The notes below the pieces were generated by a model. The model was given only the letters and a program-made list of their open reading frames with translations, did not search any database and was not told the DNA's origin. From Lepidodermella squamata (lineage: Eukaryota; Animalia; Gastrotricha), in contig JBLDXI010000035.1 of the NCBI GenBank assembly GCA_047495785.1, positions 68,135 to 132,134 of the forward strand: a DNA stretch of 64,000 bases, read 5' to 3'. The position numbers and the translations under genes are program-made. This document shows positions 1-12,682 of this stretch, in pieces. Positions within the stretch are counted from its first letter, which is position 1, and each line of letters starts with the position of its first letter.

Positions 1-685
1 AGCAAAAAACTCCGAAGAACCTCACGTTTGTCCCGCGAAAACGCCCAAGAGATGACTCAGCGAAGAAAAACTAAAAAAAACTATCAATTTTATGTTTGAA
101 AACGTGCACAGCAATTTTTCTCGATTGAATTTGAGGATTATTAACATATTATATGTCGCATTCAATTTGAAGCAATTTTTTGCCGCCCACTTTTTTTTAG
201 ATTCCCCGCATCACATCTCCGTGGAATGAAGTGCTTGGCCTGACGTAGTCCGTAGTCCGCAATCCTATCTCAAACCTTTCGCCAACCCACCTATCAACGA
301 AACAGGCCTCTCCGGCATTCCACTTTTTGCTAATCGCGGAAATTTAGGCTTCAGGCTTCTGGACTCGATTATCGATTGAACCGCAATTTATGCCTTGTGC
401 CTTGTCATGAATCCCATACTCTCAAGATTCTACATGTGTAATACTATTTGCTATTTGTTTGCGTTGCATGTTCCTGCCTCATACCAATAGACAGCATTTA
501 TATGCTCAATGAACTGTTCATATTTTCAATTGATTATAGTATTTAATGCCATTGGCCATGGATCTTCGCCCGAATCAATGCGCAATTTCAGACCTTGGTG
601 CACGTGCAATCTAGTGAAAGGTCGTATGTTTCTTTCCATGCTCGCCACTGCTAAACGTCTGCGCTTTCTCGGCCTGCAAGTCTGG

Positions 686-2782
686 ATGACTGATAATCGA
701 TGCAGATATTGGACCATATGCTCGATTACTGTTTTATCCGTCATATTATGTTTTGTTTTGTTTGTCCTTATTAATACCGCTCCTGAGACTACTGAAAATC
801 CCGAACCTGTGCTGGGCGATGTATCGGTGCCTGACGTAACCGTCAAAACTCACAGGCCTTTATCTGACAACAGCGCTCGTACAAATTGGGCAGCCTATCA
901 GTATTCAATCATCCTAGACTGCGGTAGTAGTGGCAGTCGAGTTTTTATTTATTACTGGCCCGAGCATAGTGGCGTCCGTGGCCAATTGCTGGACATTCGC
1001 CAACTGCCAGGCCCTGACGGACATCCAGCCGTGCTCAAGGTGGAGCCAGGCATTTCTGCCTACCCATCAGACCCTTCAAAAGCGACAGACCAAGTCGTGA
1101 AATTGTTGCTGTTCGCAAAAGATCACATACCGGTGCAATGCCACCAGGACACTTTCGTCTATATCATGGCCACTGCTGGCATGCGAATGCTCAAAGAAAT
1201 CGAGCAGGAAAACATTCTAAGCCATATTCGGCTGAATGTACCGCTTAGAACGCCCTTCCGCTTGTTAGCGGATAATGTTGAAGTTATTACCGGTAAATGG
1301 GAGGGAATTTACGCGTGGATTGCGATAAATGCCGCGTTAGGAAGACTCGGCGGCGCTCCTGCCGAAAAGTTACGTGTACCTGACAGTACGCCAGGCCCGC
1401 CAGCCCCTGAAACAGTCGGTATTATTGACATGGGCGGTGGTTCTATACAAATCGCTTTCGAATTGGACCCGAAGGACAATCCGCCACCAGATGTCATGGC
1501 ATCATTCGGCCTCGGGACCTCTGAAGCCGATACGTCGCTCAATTACCGGCTGTACGTCGCAACTTACCTCGGATTAGGCGCAAATTCAGCGCTCAAGTCA
1601 CATTTCGAAGCTCTAGCTGAAGAGCGATATCAAATGCTGGCGAAAAATCTGGTCGAACGAACGACCTCTACTCAACAATCGTCTAGTGAGAAAACTACCG
1701 GGTTTTCAAATGCAATTATCGACCCATGCCACCCGGCGGGCTACAACGCCGCGCTCAATCTGTCGATAGCCTCAAATGGGAACCAACCGAAGCCGGTTAT
1801 ACTAAATGGAACCGGCGAATTCAAAGCGTGTAAAAGCCGTCTGCAGTTCCTGTTAGCTCAGATTTCGTCTGAGACTAACAGCGCGATGGCGTCTTGTGGC
1901 TTGTTTTGCTCGCCACTTTCCGGCCTCGCTCCGGCGGTTGCAATTGCTAGCAAACCGCCGCTTTCAATGCGGAGGCGAAAATTTTACGGGTTTTCCGAAT
2001 TCTGGTACACAATGGAAGACTGCCTGCATTTAGGTGAGGAATAACATCACGATGTTCAAATTTAACACTAAAATTGTGCTGTTTTTATAGGCGGTCAGTA
2101 TGATGGCGCTAAGTTTGACCAAGAAGCTGGTTCGTTCTGCGCCCACGAGTGGAACCGCCTGGTCAAAGATTACACGGCGCCGCAGTACTCTCAGGCCGAC
2201 TACGCTCGATTCACTACGCAGTGCTTCAAATCGGCCTGGGTCTCAGTCATCCTACACTCCGGCTTTTTATTCGAACCGGACACTCTAAATTTCGCATCGG
2301 TTCAAAAAATTAACGGCTCTGAGGTCCACTGGACCCTCGGGGCGCTGCTGTACAAAACCAGGACGTTGCCGTTGAGGAGAATTCAACTCCTCGAATCCGC
2401 GTCGCAACTGCGGCACGGCGTCAGCGGTTTGAATGGCGGAAATTCGGTGATGATAGCCGCGACTAACAACTCGTGGCCGCTGACTTTCATGCCCAACCTG
2501 CCGCAGGCGACAATTCTAATATGCGGAGTCATCGTGTTCCTCGCAATTGTTTTCTACTGCCACAAATTGAGCCGGCCGACGCAGAACCGGCGGAAGGACG
2601 AGACGATCTACGACCAGGCTGAAATGGGCCTGCTGGCCGACGACGACTCCGGCTGGTCCGGGGCGAGCACGGCCATCGGCATCAGCGAGTCGACGCAGAC
2701 TTCGTCTTCATCTTCGCTGTCGCTGGGCAGGAAAGGCCGGTCGTCGATGTCGGTCGGCAGTCGCATGCACCATATGGCTTGA
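686..2782 (+). CDS. ENTPD4: GDA1/CD39-family NTPDase, ENTPD4/ENTPD7-like; join(~686..2033,2091..2782); true start uncertain (frame is open from 509)
   Basis: Apyrase conserved regions ILDCGSSGSR, MATAGMRML, EGIYAWIAIN, IDMGGGSIQI and WTLGALLY, plus the ENTPD4/7-type motif FYGFSEFWYTMED. N- and C-terminal TM helices. A 57-nt GT-AG intron (2034-2090) joins the two ORFs in frame (GGQYDGAKF...CAHEW). Confidence 0.88.
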
Positions 2783-3305
2783 AAAAGCTTCAAATCTGTT
2801 CGGTTTCTGGGCTTTCAATCGCGCTCCCCTTTGGTTCCTTGGTTCGAGATGTTTTCTTTCGGATAGCGGCAATTGATTCATCCATTCCTGCGAATACTTA
2901 CTAAAAATACCTTGATAGAGTTATTATATTTACAAAAGCGATACCCGTGGTTTACTAGTACATGCATACATTCGTAGTTAGTTTGTGTATGGTCGACATT
3001 TTGCTTTTTCTCATTTCTGTTTTGCTATTAACAAACTGCTGATGTTATTTAGTTCGAAGAATACCGATGATGGTGTGATCGAAACGACGACGATGACGAT
3101 AATATTCTATATATATCTTATTTTAATTTATGTATCTCTCTCTTTCTCTGCCTTGTTTTTTGTGGCGTGAATTTCTCGGCTAACAAATTGGCAAGGAAAA
3201 AGGATTGAAAATAATACTGGAAAATGCGTAATAAAACTGAGAGAAAAATGGTTTAAATTCATCCAACAATATTTGATTTTTCTTAGATATTATTATTTAT
3301 TGAAA

Positions 3306-3545
3306 ATGAACCCCTTGGACACGGCAAGTTCGCTGAAAGACTTTACATGGTCGACTAATGTAGTAATTGCGAGTGGCAAATGCGGCAATACGATGCAGCC
3401 GATCGTCAATTTGGACCTGAAACTGCTCGCCCAGGGCGAAACCGTGGATAAGCGGCTCGAAATGACGCCCGGCGAGTTGGAGAACTTCGTCGCTAAACTC
3501 GAGCAGTGCTTGCGCCAATCAGAAACCGTCAACAGCCAGCAATGA
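3306..3545 (+). CDS. COMM-domain-only protein, 79 aa (COMMD8/COMMD6-like)
   Basis: LKDFTWSTNVVIAS...PIVNLDL...LEMTPGELENFVAKLE matches the COMM domain pattern. A pyrimidine tract and AG at 3285-3286 lie just upstream of the ATG. Confidence 0.75.
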   Translation: MNPLDTASSLKDFTWSTNVVIASGKCGNTMQPIVNLDLKLLAQGETVDKRLEMTPGELENFVAKLEQCLRQSETVNSQQ

Positions 3546-4198
3546 GCCATTTTGCTATCATGCCTATTTATCGAATTAATCAATCACCGAATAAATTTTA
3601 TCAATTCCAATGGTTCGATCAGTCAGCATTCTAGCCCTTAGTTGAGAATTTGGAATGGCTTGAATTCCAGATACCTAAAACTGGAAGTCTTATTCGTGCT
3701 TATAGAGCTCTTATTTTGAGAAAATTAGAATTTCAAGATTTAATCAAACTCGGAAATCTCTTATATGCTATGCCAAGTGAACACCATAGCCAGTAGCCAT
3801 GATTTATTAAAAGCAGACCTTTGGATTTTAACCAAGAACCGAAACCTGCTGATTTTTCAATTTTTTAAATTGAATATTTTTCCTTAGCTCATGGGGCCAA
3901 ATGTCTTGGGAAACTTGAGAGATAAACATTGAAAATTTTGAGATTTTTGGAATAGATAAAACTTCTTGATCCCTAAATTCTCGAAAATATTTTTCATCGA
4001 AGCAAGAAATCGGCTATTTAATTCTGCAGAGCTCTGAAATAAGTACCATATTTTTGGCCAATTTCCTGTAAATTTTGATGAAAAATCGAAGATAGGCTGT
4101 TGAGCATTACCCGTTTAGATTTTTGAGCCTCGACAGCGTCACCAACTTGACCTTGCATTTTTCTGTCAATATTTTGTGTTTTTAGAGGTTTTACCGAG

Positions 4199-4543
4199 AT
4201 GGTTAAAATTCTGAAGGTGTGGGACGTGCACGGCGAGAAGGTGGCGTGCCCGGAGCCGGCGCAGTTCAAAGTCGACGGCACGAAGCTGGAGGAGGTGCGC
4301 GAGCGGCTGGCGGCGCGCGGCCTCAAGTCGCCGTGGCTGCGCAACGCGGCGTGGCGCTACCACCCCGGCTGGCACCACCAGCGCGTGTGGTCCAGTTTCT
4401 TCCGCATCCTGTTCCGCGGCGCGCCCATCGCCCTCGGCATCGTGGCCGTGCAGGTTGTTGCGACCGAAGCCTACAACAAGGTGACGAAGCACGAAGAGCA
4501 CCACTTTCACGGCTTCACTAAATACGTGCCGAAATCTGCTTAA
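4199..4543 (+). CDS. NDUFB3: NADH dehydrogenase 1 beta subcomplex subunit 3 (B12)
   Basis: LEEVRERLAARGLKSPWLRNAAWRY signature, then a single TM helix and a His-rich tail; strong GC3 bias. Confidence 0.9.
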   Translation: MVKILKVWDVHGEKVACPEPAQFKVDGTKLEEVRERLAARGLKSPWLRNAAWRYHPGWHHQRVWSSFFRILFRGAPIALGIVAVQVVATEAYNKVTKHEEHHFHGFTKYVPKSA

Positions 4544-5150
4544 TAATAATAATCATAAATAACTGTAATGAGATGATAACTTGTAAATTCTACCATGCTG
4601 TACTGTACCAACCTTTCAGCTTCTTCACACTAGCCAGTGGAAAAACAGTGGAGCACGGTATCCATGTTTTTCATGATCGATCGTTTAGTTGTTCTGCGTT
4701 GATGCGATTTAATAAAATAATGAACCGACCCTCAAGTGTTCGAATAAAATATTCTTTACAATCCGGTCTTTTAACCATTTTTATGTATTTTTTTAGATTT
4801 GTAAATTATTGATAAATTTATCAAACAACGGCAAAATCAATTCAGGGTCGAATTTTATCATCTGACCTCGATAATTACCGAAGCCGCCGCAAGTTTTAAT
4901 ATTTGAGAATTTTAAAGTGCGCCTTCAATAGTTATAATAGTTCAATAGTATCAATTTTTTGTAAGTAGTATTGCGAAAGTAAAACGAAAATTCATGAAAA
5001 CTTGAAAATTGAGTCTAACTTGTTTTAGGAAAAATATTCTTGCCCATTATTTTACTTAGGAATGTTTGAGATAATGATTGATCTCCGTATTGCTCGTCCC
5101 ATAATCGATTTTTTAATTAAAAAAACCGATCGATTTCTCAATTTTTCTAG

Positions 5151-8100
5151 ATGAATTTATTTAGAGTATTTACTGGCTCGTATCAAGAATCAAATGGCGC
5201 AGCGAATGACGATAATAGCCCGGAATCAACGGTAAATAGTTTTAGAAATTATGCAAATTTCCTGATAACTTTTTCCATGGATTTCTAGATTTTGAAGCTA
5301 TGCTCACGGTTGAAGTCATCTCAGATGCTGGCGGACAGGCGCGATGCGGTTCGCGGCCTGAAATCGCTGGCGAAAACGTACCGCCGCGAGGTTGGCTCGC
5401 ACTGCCTCGAACCGCTCATCGACTGCTTGTGCAAAGACAGGTATGCAAAATGAATCTGAAGATGAAATGAATGAAAATGGTTTTATTGTTTCACTTCCCC
5501 GCGACTGAGCGTCTATACCCTTTCGGCTTTTCAGGAAGACGAAGGCGAAGGCAAACCAAAAGCAAAATGAATCTATCGCATGAAATTGCTAAATTTGAAG
5601 AAAATATGAGCTCAATTTATAGATTAAAAATCCACCTGCTTGAATGTCATGATTTGCGAAAAATAGGGACAAAACCATATTTCTCGAAATTTGAAAATCA
5701 GACTTTTCAGACATTTTGCGGTATTTCCTTAATTGGGTCGAATTTCTAATTTTTTTTAAATATTTTTTGTAGAAATGACCATGAACTGACAGCGCTGTGC
5801 CTTGATGCGCTGTGTTCGATTCTAAGCGACGATGAGCAAATTCTGAGCAGCGGAGGCCGCAACAGCAATGCCGACCAGAACAGCCTGAATAACGAATCGA
5901 CAGCCGTGACGGACGAACTCATGGCGCGATTCGCCGAAAAACTCGTCAACGAGGCCGTGTTCAACGTGGTGCTCGCGTGCCTCGAAGAACACGAGTTCGG
6001 CATTCGCCTACCATCGATTCGCCTGCTCGTCGCGTTGCTGCAAGTCCGCGCCCGCGATGTCCAGCAGTTGGTGCTGCTGAACCCGACTGCGGTCGCGCGC
6101 TTCATGGACGTGTTGTCCGACGTGCGTGAAGTTGTTCGCAACGACATGTTGGTGTTGCTGATTCACCTGACGCGCGGCAATTCGTCCATTCAGAAAATTG
6201 TTGTCTTTGAAAATGTTTTCGAGAAATTGTTTGCGATTTTGGCCTCCGAAGGCTGGGCCGATGGCGGCGTTGTCGCGGCCGATTGTCTCGAGCTCATGCT
6301 GAGTCTCCTAGCTGGAAATGCAGCTAATCAGTTGCTGTTCAGAGAAGGTAAACAAATCGATATTTATTTTTACGATTCTTATTAATAGATATAGCGTTCG
6401 AATCGGAAGGCGGATCGGATATTTTTAGAATGACGCACTTTTGATCGAAACTTGGTAGACAGAGATCCGATTGAAATTAAATTTTCCTTTAGTTTTTGGG
6501 AAATAAGTCCTCTAGATAGGCGGTTTTAGGCTCAGTTGAGGCCTAAGGAAAGTCCCTAGTTTGTGCCCGAATTTCAATTTGAATAGATACCATACAACAG
6601 CCCGGGCTACCAAAATTTCAGGCTCAACATTTAGAAAAATTCGAAAATTTAGAGTTTATCGTTCATTTTTAATGTTTTCGAACTGACTTGAACCTTCAAC
6701 CCTGGACTACTTTGAAATTTTGAAATGAAAATAAATGAGTAGCGGAGCTGATTCGGCATTTTATCACCTACACCTGCGATTTTAATCTCCTGTGATGTGT
6801 ATTTAATTGCTCAATATCTCGCATGTAGGTTCATTCGTGCAGCAACTGGGCCCGTTCTTCGACTCACTGCCCTCCGCCCCGCTCTCCGTCCAGAAAACGT
6901 GGACGCCTGAAAAAGCCGAAAACTTCATCCTGCTCTTCCAGCTGATCCGCCACCTCGTGACGCCCGGCGCCGGCCAGCAGCAAATCGCCGCCGTGCAACG
7001 CATCGCCCTGCAGTGCGGCCTCCTGCGTCGACTGGCGGAACTGCTGTCCGAAGCCGGCCTCCCCTCGCCCGTCCTAATCGAAGCCCTAGGAGCCGTAGGC
7101 GAGCTGAGCCGCGAACTGCCCGCAGCGCAAGACGCCGTGCTGCAACTCGCTGTGCCGTCGATGCGTCCCCCGCGCCCGCTCGTAGTCGTGCTCCTGATGT
7201 CGCTGATCAACGACAAGCAGCCGCTGCGCCTGCGCCTCGCCATCCTCTACGCCGTGCAGTGCCTGCTGCACCGCAACAAGCCGGCGCAGTTGGCGCTCGT
7301 CCGCGGCATGGGCGCCCCCGATGACCAGTCCGTGACATCATCTGGATCCGCCGACTCGCTGCTCGCCTTCTCCACCTCCGCCGGGCAGCTCATCGTCTCC
7401 GGGCTGCTGGCGCTCGAATCGCCGAGCGCGTGGCTGGCCGCTGGCGTGCTGGTCGCGGCGCTGGGCGTGAGTTCTGGCCCTGAGGCTGGCGAACTGCGCG
7501 AGAACCTGTTGCAGGCGAAACTGGCGCTGAGCCTGGGTGCGGCGCCCGTGTCGCTGTTGCAGCAGATCAGCTCGACGCTGGGCATGCAGAAACTGCGCCT
7601 CACCACCCGCGCCGGCCTGCTGCAGCTGCTGTGCGTGTGGCTGGCGCACAGCCCGGCCGTCGTCGACGCCCTGCTCAGCGACGCCCCGGCTGTCGCATGC
7701 CTTCTATCTCAGGTTAGTGTCAGATCTGCCAAAATAAACCCTTGATAGGCAGGCTATTTTCTTGGCAAAAGTTGCTATTTTATGCTTGCCATAATATTGT
7801 CGCCTTCAGCTGTAGTTTGAGGGAAATATTTCTATTTCCTATTTTTCTGTGGCACATAGCAACTAATTAACATCAAGGGAGTCTTTAAGCTCGAAATTAT
7901 CAAAATTGGATCATTTTGAGATGATGAATGACATTTTCTTATGGGTTAAGACGTACAGCGTGTCCCATAAGTAGTAAGCAAACAGAGAAAATGCGAAGAA
8001 AAGTCAAATACACCTTGGCCAGAAAATCTCGGTACGATTCCAAATTTGAGCCAGCCGGATAAAATATTGCAAAGTACCGAACCAATTACCATCGGGGTTT

Positions 8101-11100
8101 ACCGGGTTTTTTCTTTGGCGAAATCGTTGACATGGGTGATGGAGTGATGTACATCCCGGTAGGTTTAATTTCGGAAAACCTACCGGGTTCGCTTACATCA
8201 TAGGATATTGATTCTGATGTTATACTAATTAATGATTAATTGTTGGTGGATAAGTTGTGGATTTTTCCTCTTGGTTTTCTACTCGGCAGAGCTGTCAGGC
8301 CTGGTCGTTCGAGACCATCGTCAATCTCTGAACCTCGGATTCGAGACAATTAATTCGATTAATAAGGTATTCCATTTCCATTGATAAAGAATGTGTAGTA
8401 AGGAACATAGCGCAGAAGCACACGTGGGCAAAACAGAGAGAAAAGCAAGTTGCTTTTGGAACGAAAAATGTGAGATTCCAAATATCATATTTTTTTGTCG
8501 CGAAAATATTGCACGCCTCATCTTTAGGCACGTTGCTTACGGTGTTACCATAGTTACCACCAAATTGCGGTTGTTGCTGTTGGTAACCACCACGATTACT
8601 GTAGCCTCCTCGGCCACTATTACCTGTACCATCACGTTTAGCACCTCCGCGGGCATACGGGTGAAATATGTTATTGTTACCACGGTATATTGCGTTTTCT
8701 AGACTAATTACAAAGCTTAATTACTTTCAGTTGCCATGTTAACATGAGGCATCTTATCGCTTAAGCTCACTTTTCACCCTAATTCAGTTTCATGGTGATC
8801 CATTGGACCGAACGGGCGAGAGTTGTTAGGGTTATTGGTAATAGTTTAGTACAGACGAGCTGCAAACCGGGGCCTCTCGTTTTACCGAGAGTCAAGCCGG
8901 GCCCTACAGCGCGCAAGTGTCGCAGGCTATGAGCAGCATCATGATAAAACTTGATTTTGAAAAAACCCTCACGATTTCGGAGAACAAAGATGGGCACGAA
9001 AACGCAATTTGTGCGTACGGCGAGATTGTGGAGATATGGACCCCTTGCGCGCGAAACCAAGCATAAACTGCACTGCAGTCACCTAGACTAACCATGTTGG
9101 CAGCGAGATCATACGCGGGTGGCAAAGGTGATGGACGCTGTAAAGAGCTGCTCGGGGTTTTCGGATGGTTTCGATTACGCGCACGGAACACGGAACCAAC
9201 TTGTGGAACGGCGGGAAAGCGTCAGCCGCAACCTTGTTGTTTTTCCTCGTTAGCAAAAGCAGATCCTCTTCATAAATGATATGCGAACAAATGTCAATGT
9301 TCTCGACAGCTTTCAACAGTAGCCGAGCAAGTGAACGGTCGATTTACGCCGTTTTTCCATGCTAAAAATGCTCTCCTTCCAGCTGCGACTGTTTTCGAAA
9401 ACGTACCACAGTCGCAGTACAATCATGCTTTTTATGGCTTAGACAGCGCCACCCGAACTTCCCAAAATTCCGGGAAGAATAAAATATAATAACCCTAAAT
9501 ATTTGTAGATTGATGCATTAAGGTCTTCCGAAAAATTGGAATTATATTGCTGTTTTTTTGTGATGTAATTTTCAGGTGAGCCAACCGCCGAGCGACGCTG
9601 ACGAAGCCGTCGTTCGGGCGCTGTCCGCCTTCGCCGTCGGCCTCGCCGTGCTCTTCAACCGCAACAGCAACAGCGGCAGCGAGTACACGCGCGACAAACT
9701 CGTCATGCTCGTGCGCCGCCGCATCGGCATCGAGTCGTTCGGCGACGCGCTCGGCGTCATCGCCGCCAACGACGCGTACGCCCGCGGCCTCCGCTCGCCC
9801 CGCATCACGATTCCCGGCGAGCCGGACGCACCGGCCCTACCGCTGTTCACGCACGAATTCTGCCTCGTGTACCGGCAACTCGAACGCGACGTGTTGAACG
9901 CGGTTTCGGCGACTCATCAGGACCAAACAAGGACGAGCTACGACCACCACCCCCACCACGCGTCGGCCGGTCAGAACTTCTCGCAGCAGCAGCAACAGCA
10001 CCATCACAATCACAACGGCGGCCAGAATAGTCAGTTGACGGAGCGGATAACGGCGCTGGAGGCGAATCTCGCCGACCGCAATGCAGAGTGCGAGACGCTG
10101 CGCCGCGAGTTGAATTCGTACAAGTTGGCGCTCGCGAACAGCGGCGACGAGTTCCGGTCGGTTCTCGCCGAGAAGGAACGCTCGCTGGCGGCACTGCAGG
10201 CTGAACTAATGGCAGCAAGGTTAGTCGGAGTTCTCTCTGTAATTGTCATCCTTGAAAACAGGAAAATTAAGTTGATAGACCAAGTCAACGAGGTTGAGAA
10301 AGTAGCCTGAAAATTGGATCCAAATTTATAGCAAGCTGTCATAAAAGTAGTTTGCCGATTTCTTAAATTCGAAGATAAGAACATGATTTAGCAAATACAG
10401 AGCAAGGTAGACGCTGCTAAGATTGGACAAAATTCTGTTATTTTAATGAAGAGCTTCGATATTCGATAAACACCTGAACTTTTTTGGAGTAGAGAGGCCC
10501 AATCATCGAATTTTCTATTTTATTGCTGCATGCGGTCGGTCGGAAAGGTCCCGAGCCGGCAGCGAAATTAGATTAAAAACAACTGTTTTGAAATAACATG
10601 AAATTACCCATTATTACTAATTTGCTTTTTTTGGTCAAACACATTTTTAGTGATTGTTATTCCTTTTTTAGGTCATTTGCGCAAACGCGTGGTCAGGAGC
10701 GGAATGCGCCCGAGTGTAACGGCCATGTCGCGCAAATCGAACGGCTGAAGGCCGAGCTGGCGGCGCTGCGGCAAGAGCAGGACGATTTGTTGCTGTTGCT
10801 GTCGCATCAAGACTCGCGAATCGCGAGAATGCGCGACAAGCTGCGATCTCTCGGCCAGCCCGACAGCGAAGACGAGGCGGATGACGATGACGACGATGAC
10901 GAAGAAGGTGGTGGTGCGAACGGCAGCGAGAACGCGGACGATGAAGGGTTGGCACTTGCGAAACAAGTGGTCGGCAACAGCCAGCAGCATCACCATCACC
11001 AGGGTGGCCACGTTGGGCTGGGCGAGACAGCGCTCGGCTTGTCGCAAGACAGCCTGCAAGCCGCTGTTCCCGAACCGGCGTCTCTCCAACAACAACAACA

Positions 11101-11894
11101 GCATCAATATCAGCAGCAATATGCCCAACAGTACCAACAGTATCAACAGGTTTGTCTTGGGGTTTTCTTCACGTTATACGGCGTACTGTAGGCAAATGTG
11201 GCTGGGATTCGATTCGGATAGTTGGGCTGAAACGATTTCGAAGTTAACACTCGCCCAAGAACGAGAACGTCATTTATAACTTCGGACGATTATAGATCTC
11301 CCTGCATAGATAGCACAGATCGATACTTAGTAGGCTTCAAATTGATGCCCTACAACCTGCAATCTAAATAAAGATATTTGGTTAGCGTAATGCGAAGGCC
11401 TCGTAGGGTTATGCCGAATTGTAGAAAAACGACGACCAAAATATCTTCTATATTTCTTTAATTCGATTTGGTTTTTGCAGGTCCCAGACCAGCAAAATCA
11501 GCAACCTCAACCTCAAAGCTACGCTCAGGCCTACTACCCAACGTACAACTACGCTGACCAGGCAGCGCATCAGCAGCAGCAACAGCAACAGCAACAACAA
11601 AGCTATCCGAACTACGGCTATCCGTACCAGGCCTATCCGGCTTATCAACAGCAAAGCCAACCCCAACAACAACAGCAACAACCATACGCGTATTACAACC
11701 CGGCCGCGCAGCAATCGGGCGCGACAGGCCTCGAGGGCTATTTCGCGACTGCAGTCAACACAAACGGGCCGCAGCAGCAGCAGGAATTCCAGGTGGGCGT
11801 TGTGGGCGGCGCCGCTTCGGTCGATGAGTCGAGCGACGGCGCAGAATCCGCGGCGACTAGCGATTCGCAAAACTCGCAAATTCGAATTCAATGA
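5151..11894 (+). CDS. USO1: General vesicular transport factor p115; join(5151..5231,5289..5440,5773..6347,6829..7712,9576..10219,10672..11149,11481..11894)
   Basis: ILKLCSRLKSSQMLADRRDAVRGLKSLAKTYRREVG, DVREVVRND, NSSIQKIVVFEN and EQDDLLLLLSHQD followed by an acidic patch are p115 hallmarks. All six introns are GT-AG and phase-compatible. Confidence 0.93.
7954..7975 (+). mobile_element. Possible solitary Tc1/mariner-type terminus in USO1 intron 4
   Basis: TA followed by CAGCGTGTCCCATAAG resembles common Tc1/mariner TIR starts; no matching right end was found. Confidence 0.3.
8155..8187. repeat. Perfect 12-bp inverted repeat (hairpin)
   Basis: CCCGGTAGGTTT - 9 nt - AAACCTACCGGG. Confidence 0.8.
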
Positions 11895-12682
11895 ATTTCG
11901 ATCAAATAATACTACATTTGTTGGCTGTCTAATCGGCTGATTATTCGGATGATCTTTCTCTCGACTGCTGCTGCTGCTGCTGTTATGGCTTATTCGTGTG
12001 TACTTTTTTATACAAAAAATTGAGGACATAATAATAATAATTATCATTGTAATGAATGATGCCACTTTGCATGTTTAAGTTGTTCATTGTTTAAGGTATG
12101 TACGACGACGAAAGGAGGGATTGCTAATTTGTTCATTTGTGATGGGCCCTGGCTGATACTAAACTTATTATCACCCCCTTATTTATCATATTTTTTCCTC
12201 TCGACGGACAGCAAAAGAGCTGTGAATTCTGACGATCGACTAGAAAAAGATGGGAAAGTTACAGAATAAATTGGCATTTTAGGGAAAATACGAGCTCAGC
12301 TGAATAATATCAAAATATTTGAAAAGTCATTAAAAATGACAAATTTCGCGATATCAGAAAATTTCGATTAAAATTTGAATTTTTCTCCCTACAAAAATTC
12401 TCCTGAAATCGCTATTTCTTGAGCCCGCAATTCCGATTCTGGCTGCAATTCATTGACATCGGTGTTTTTTTGTCTTCGAGGTTGTCATCCCTGTATACAA
12501 ATCTAAGCTGCTGCACGTGAAAAAATATTGTTATAAATTATCTTTCAACTGCGAAATGTAAAAAATGATATAAATTATTATTCCTGTGAGTGACGAATCA
12601 ACTCGTGAGATCGCTTATCACATTAAAGAAATGGCTGATGGTTATTTTTACTTCATTCTTAATTTAGAATTTATTATAAGCC

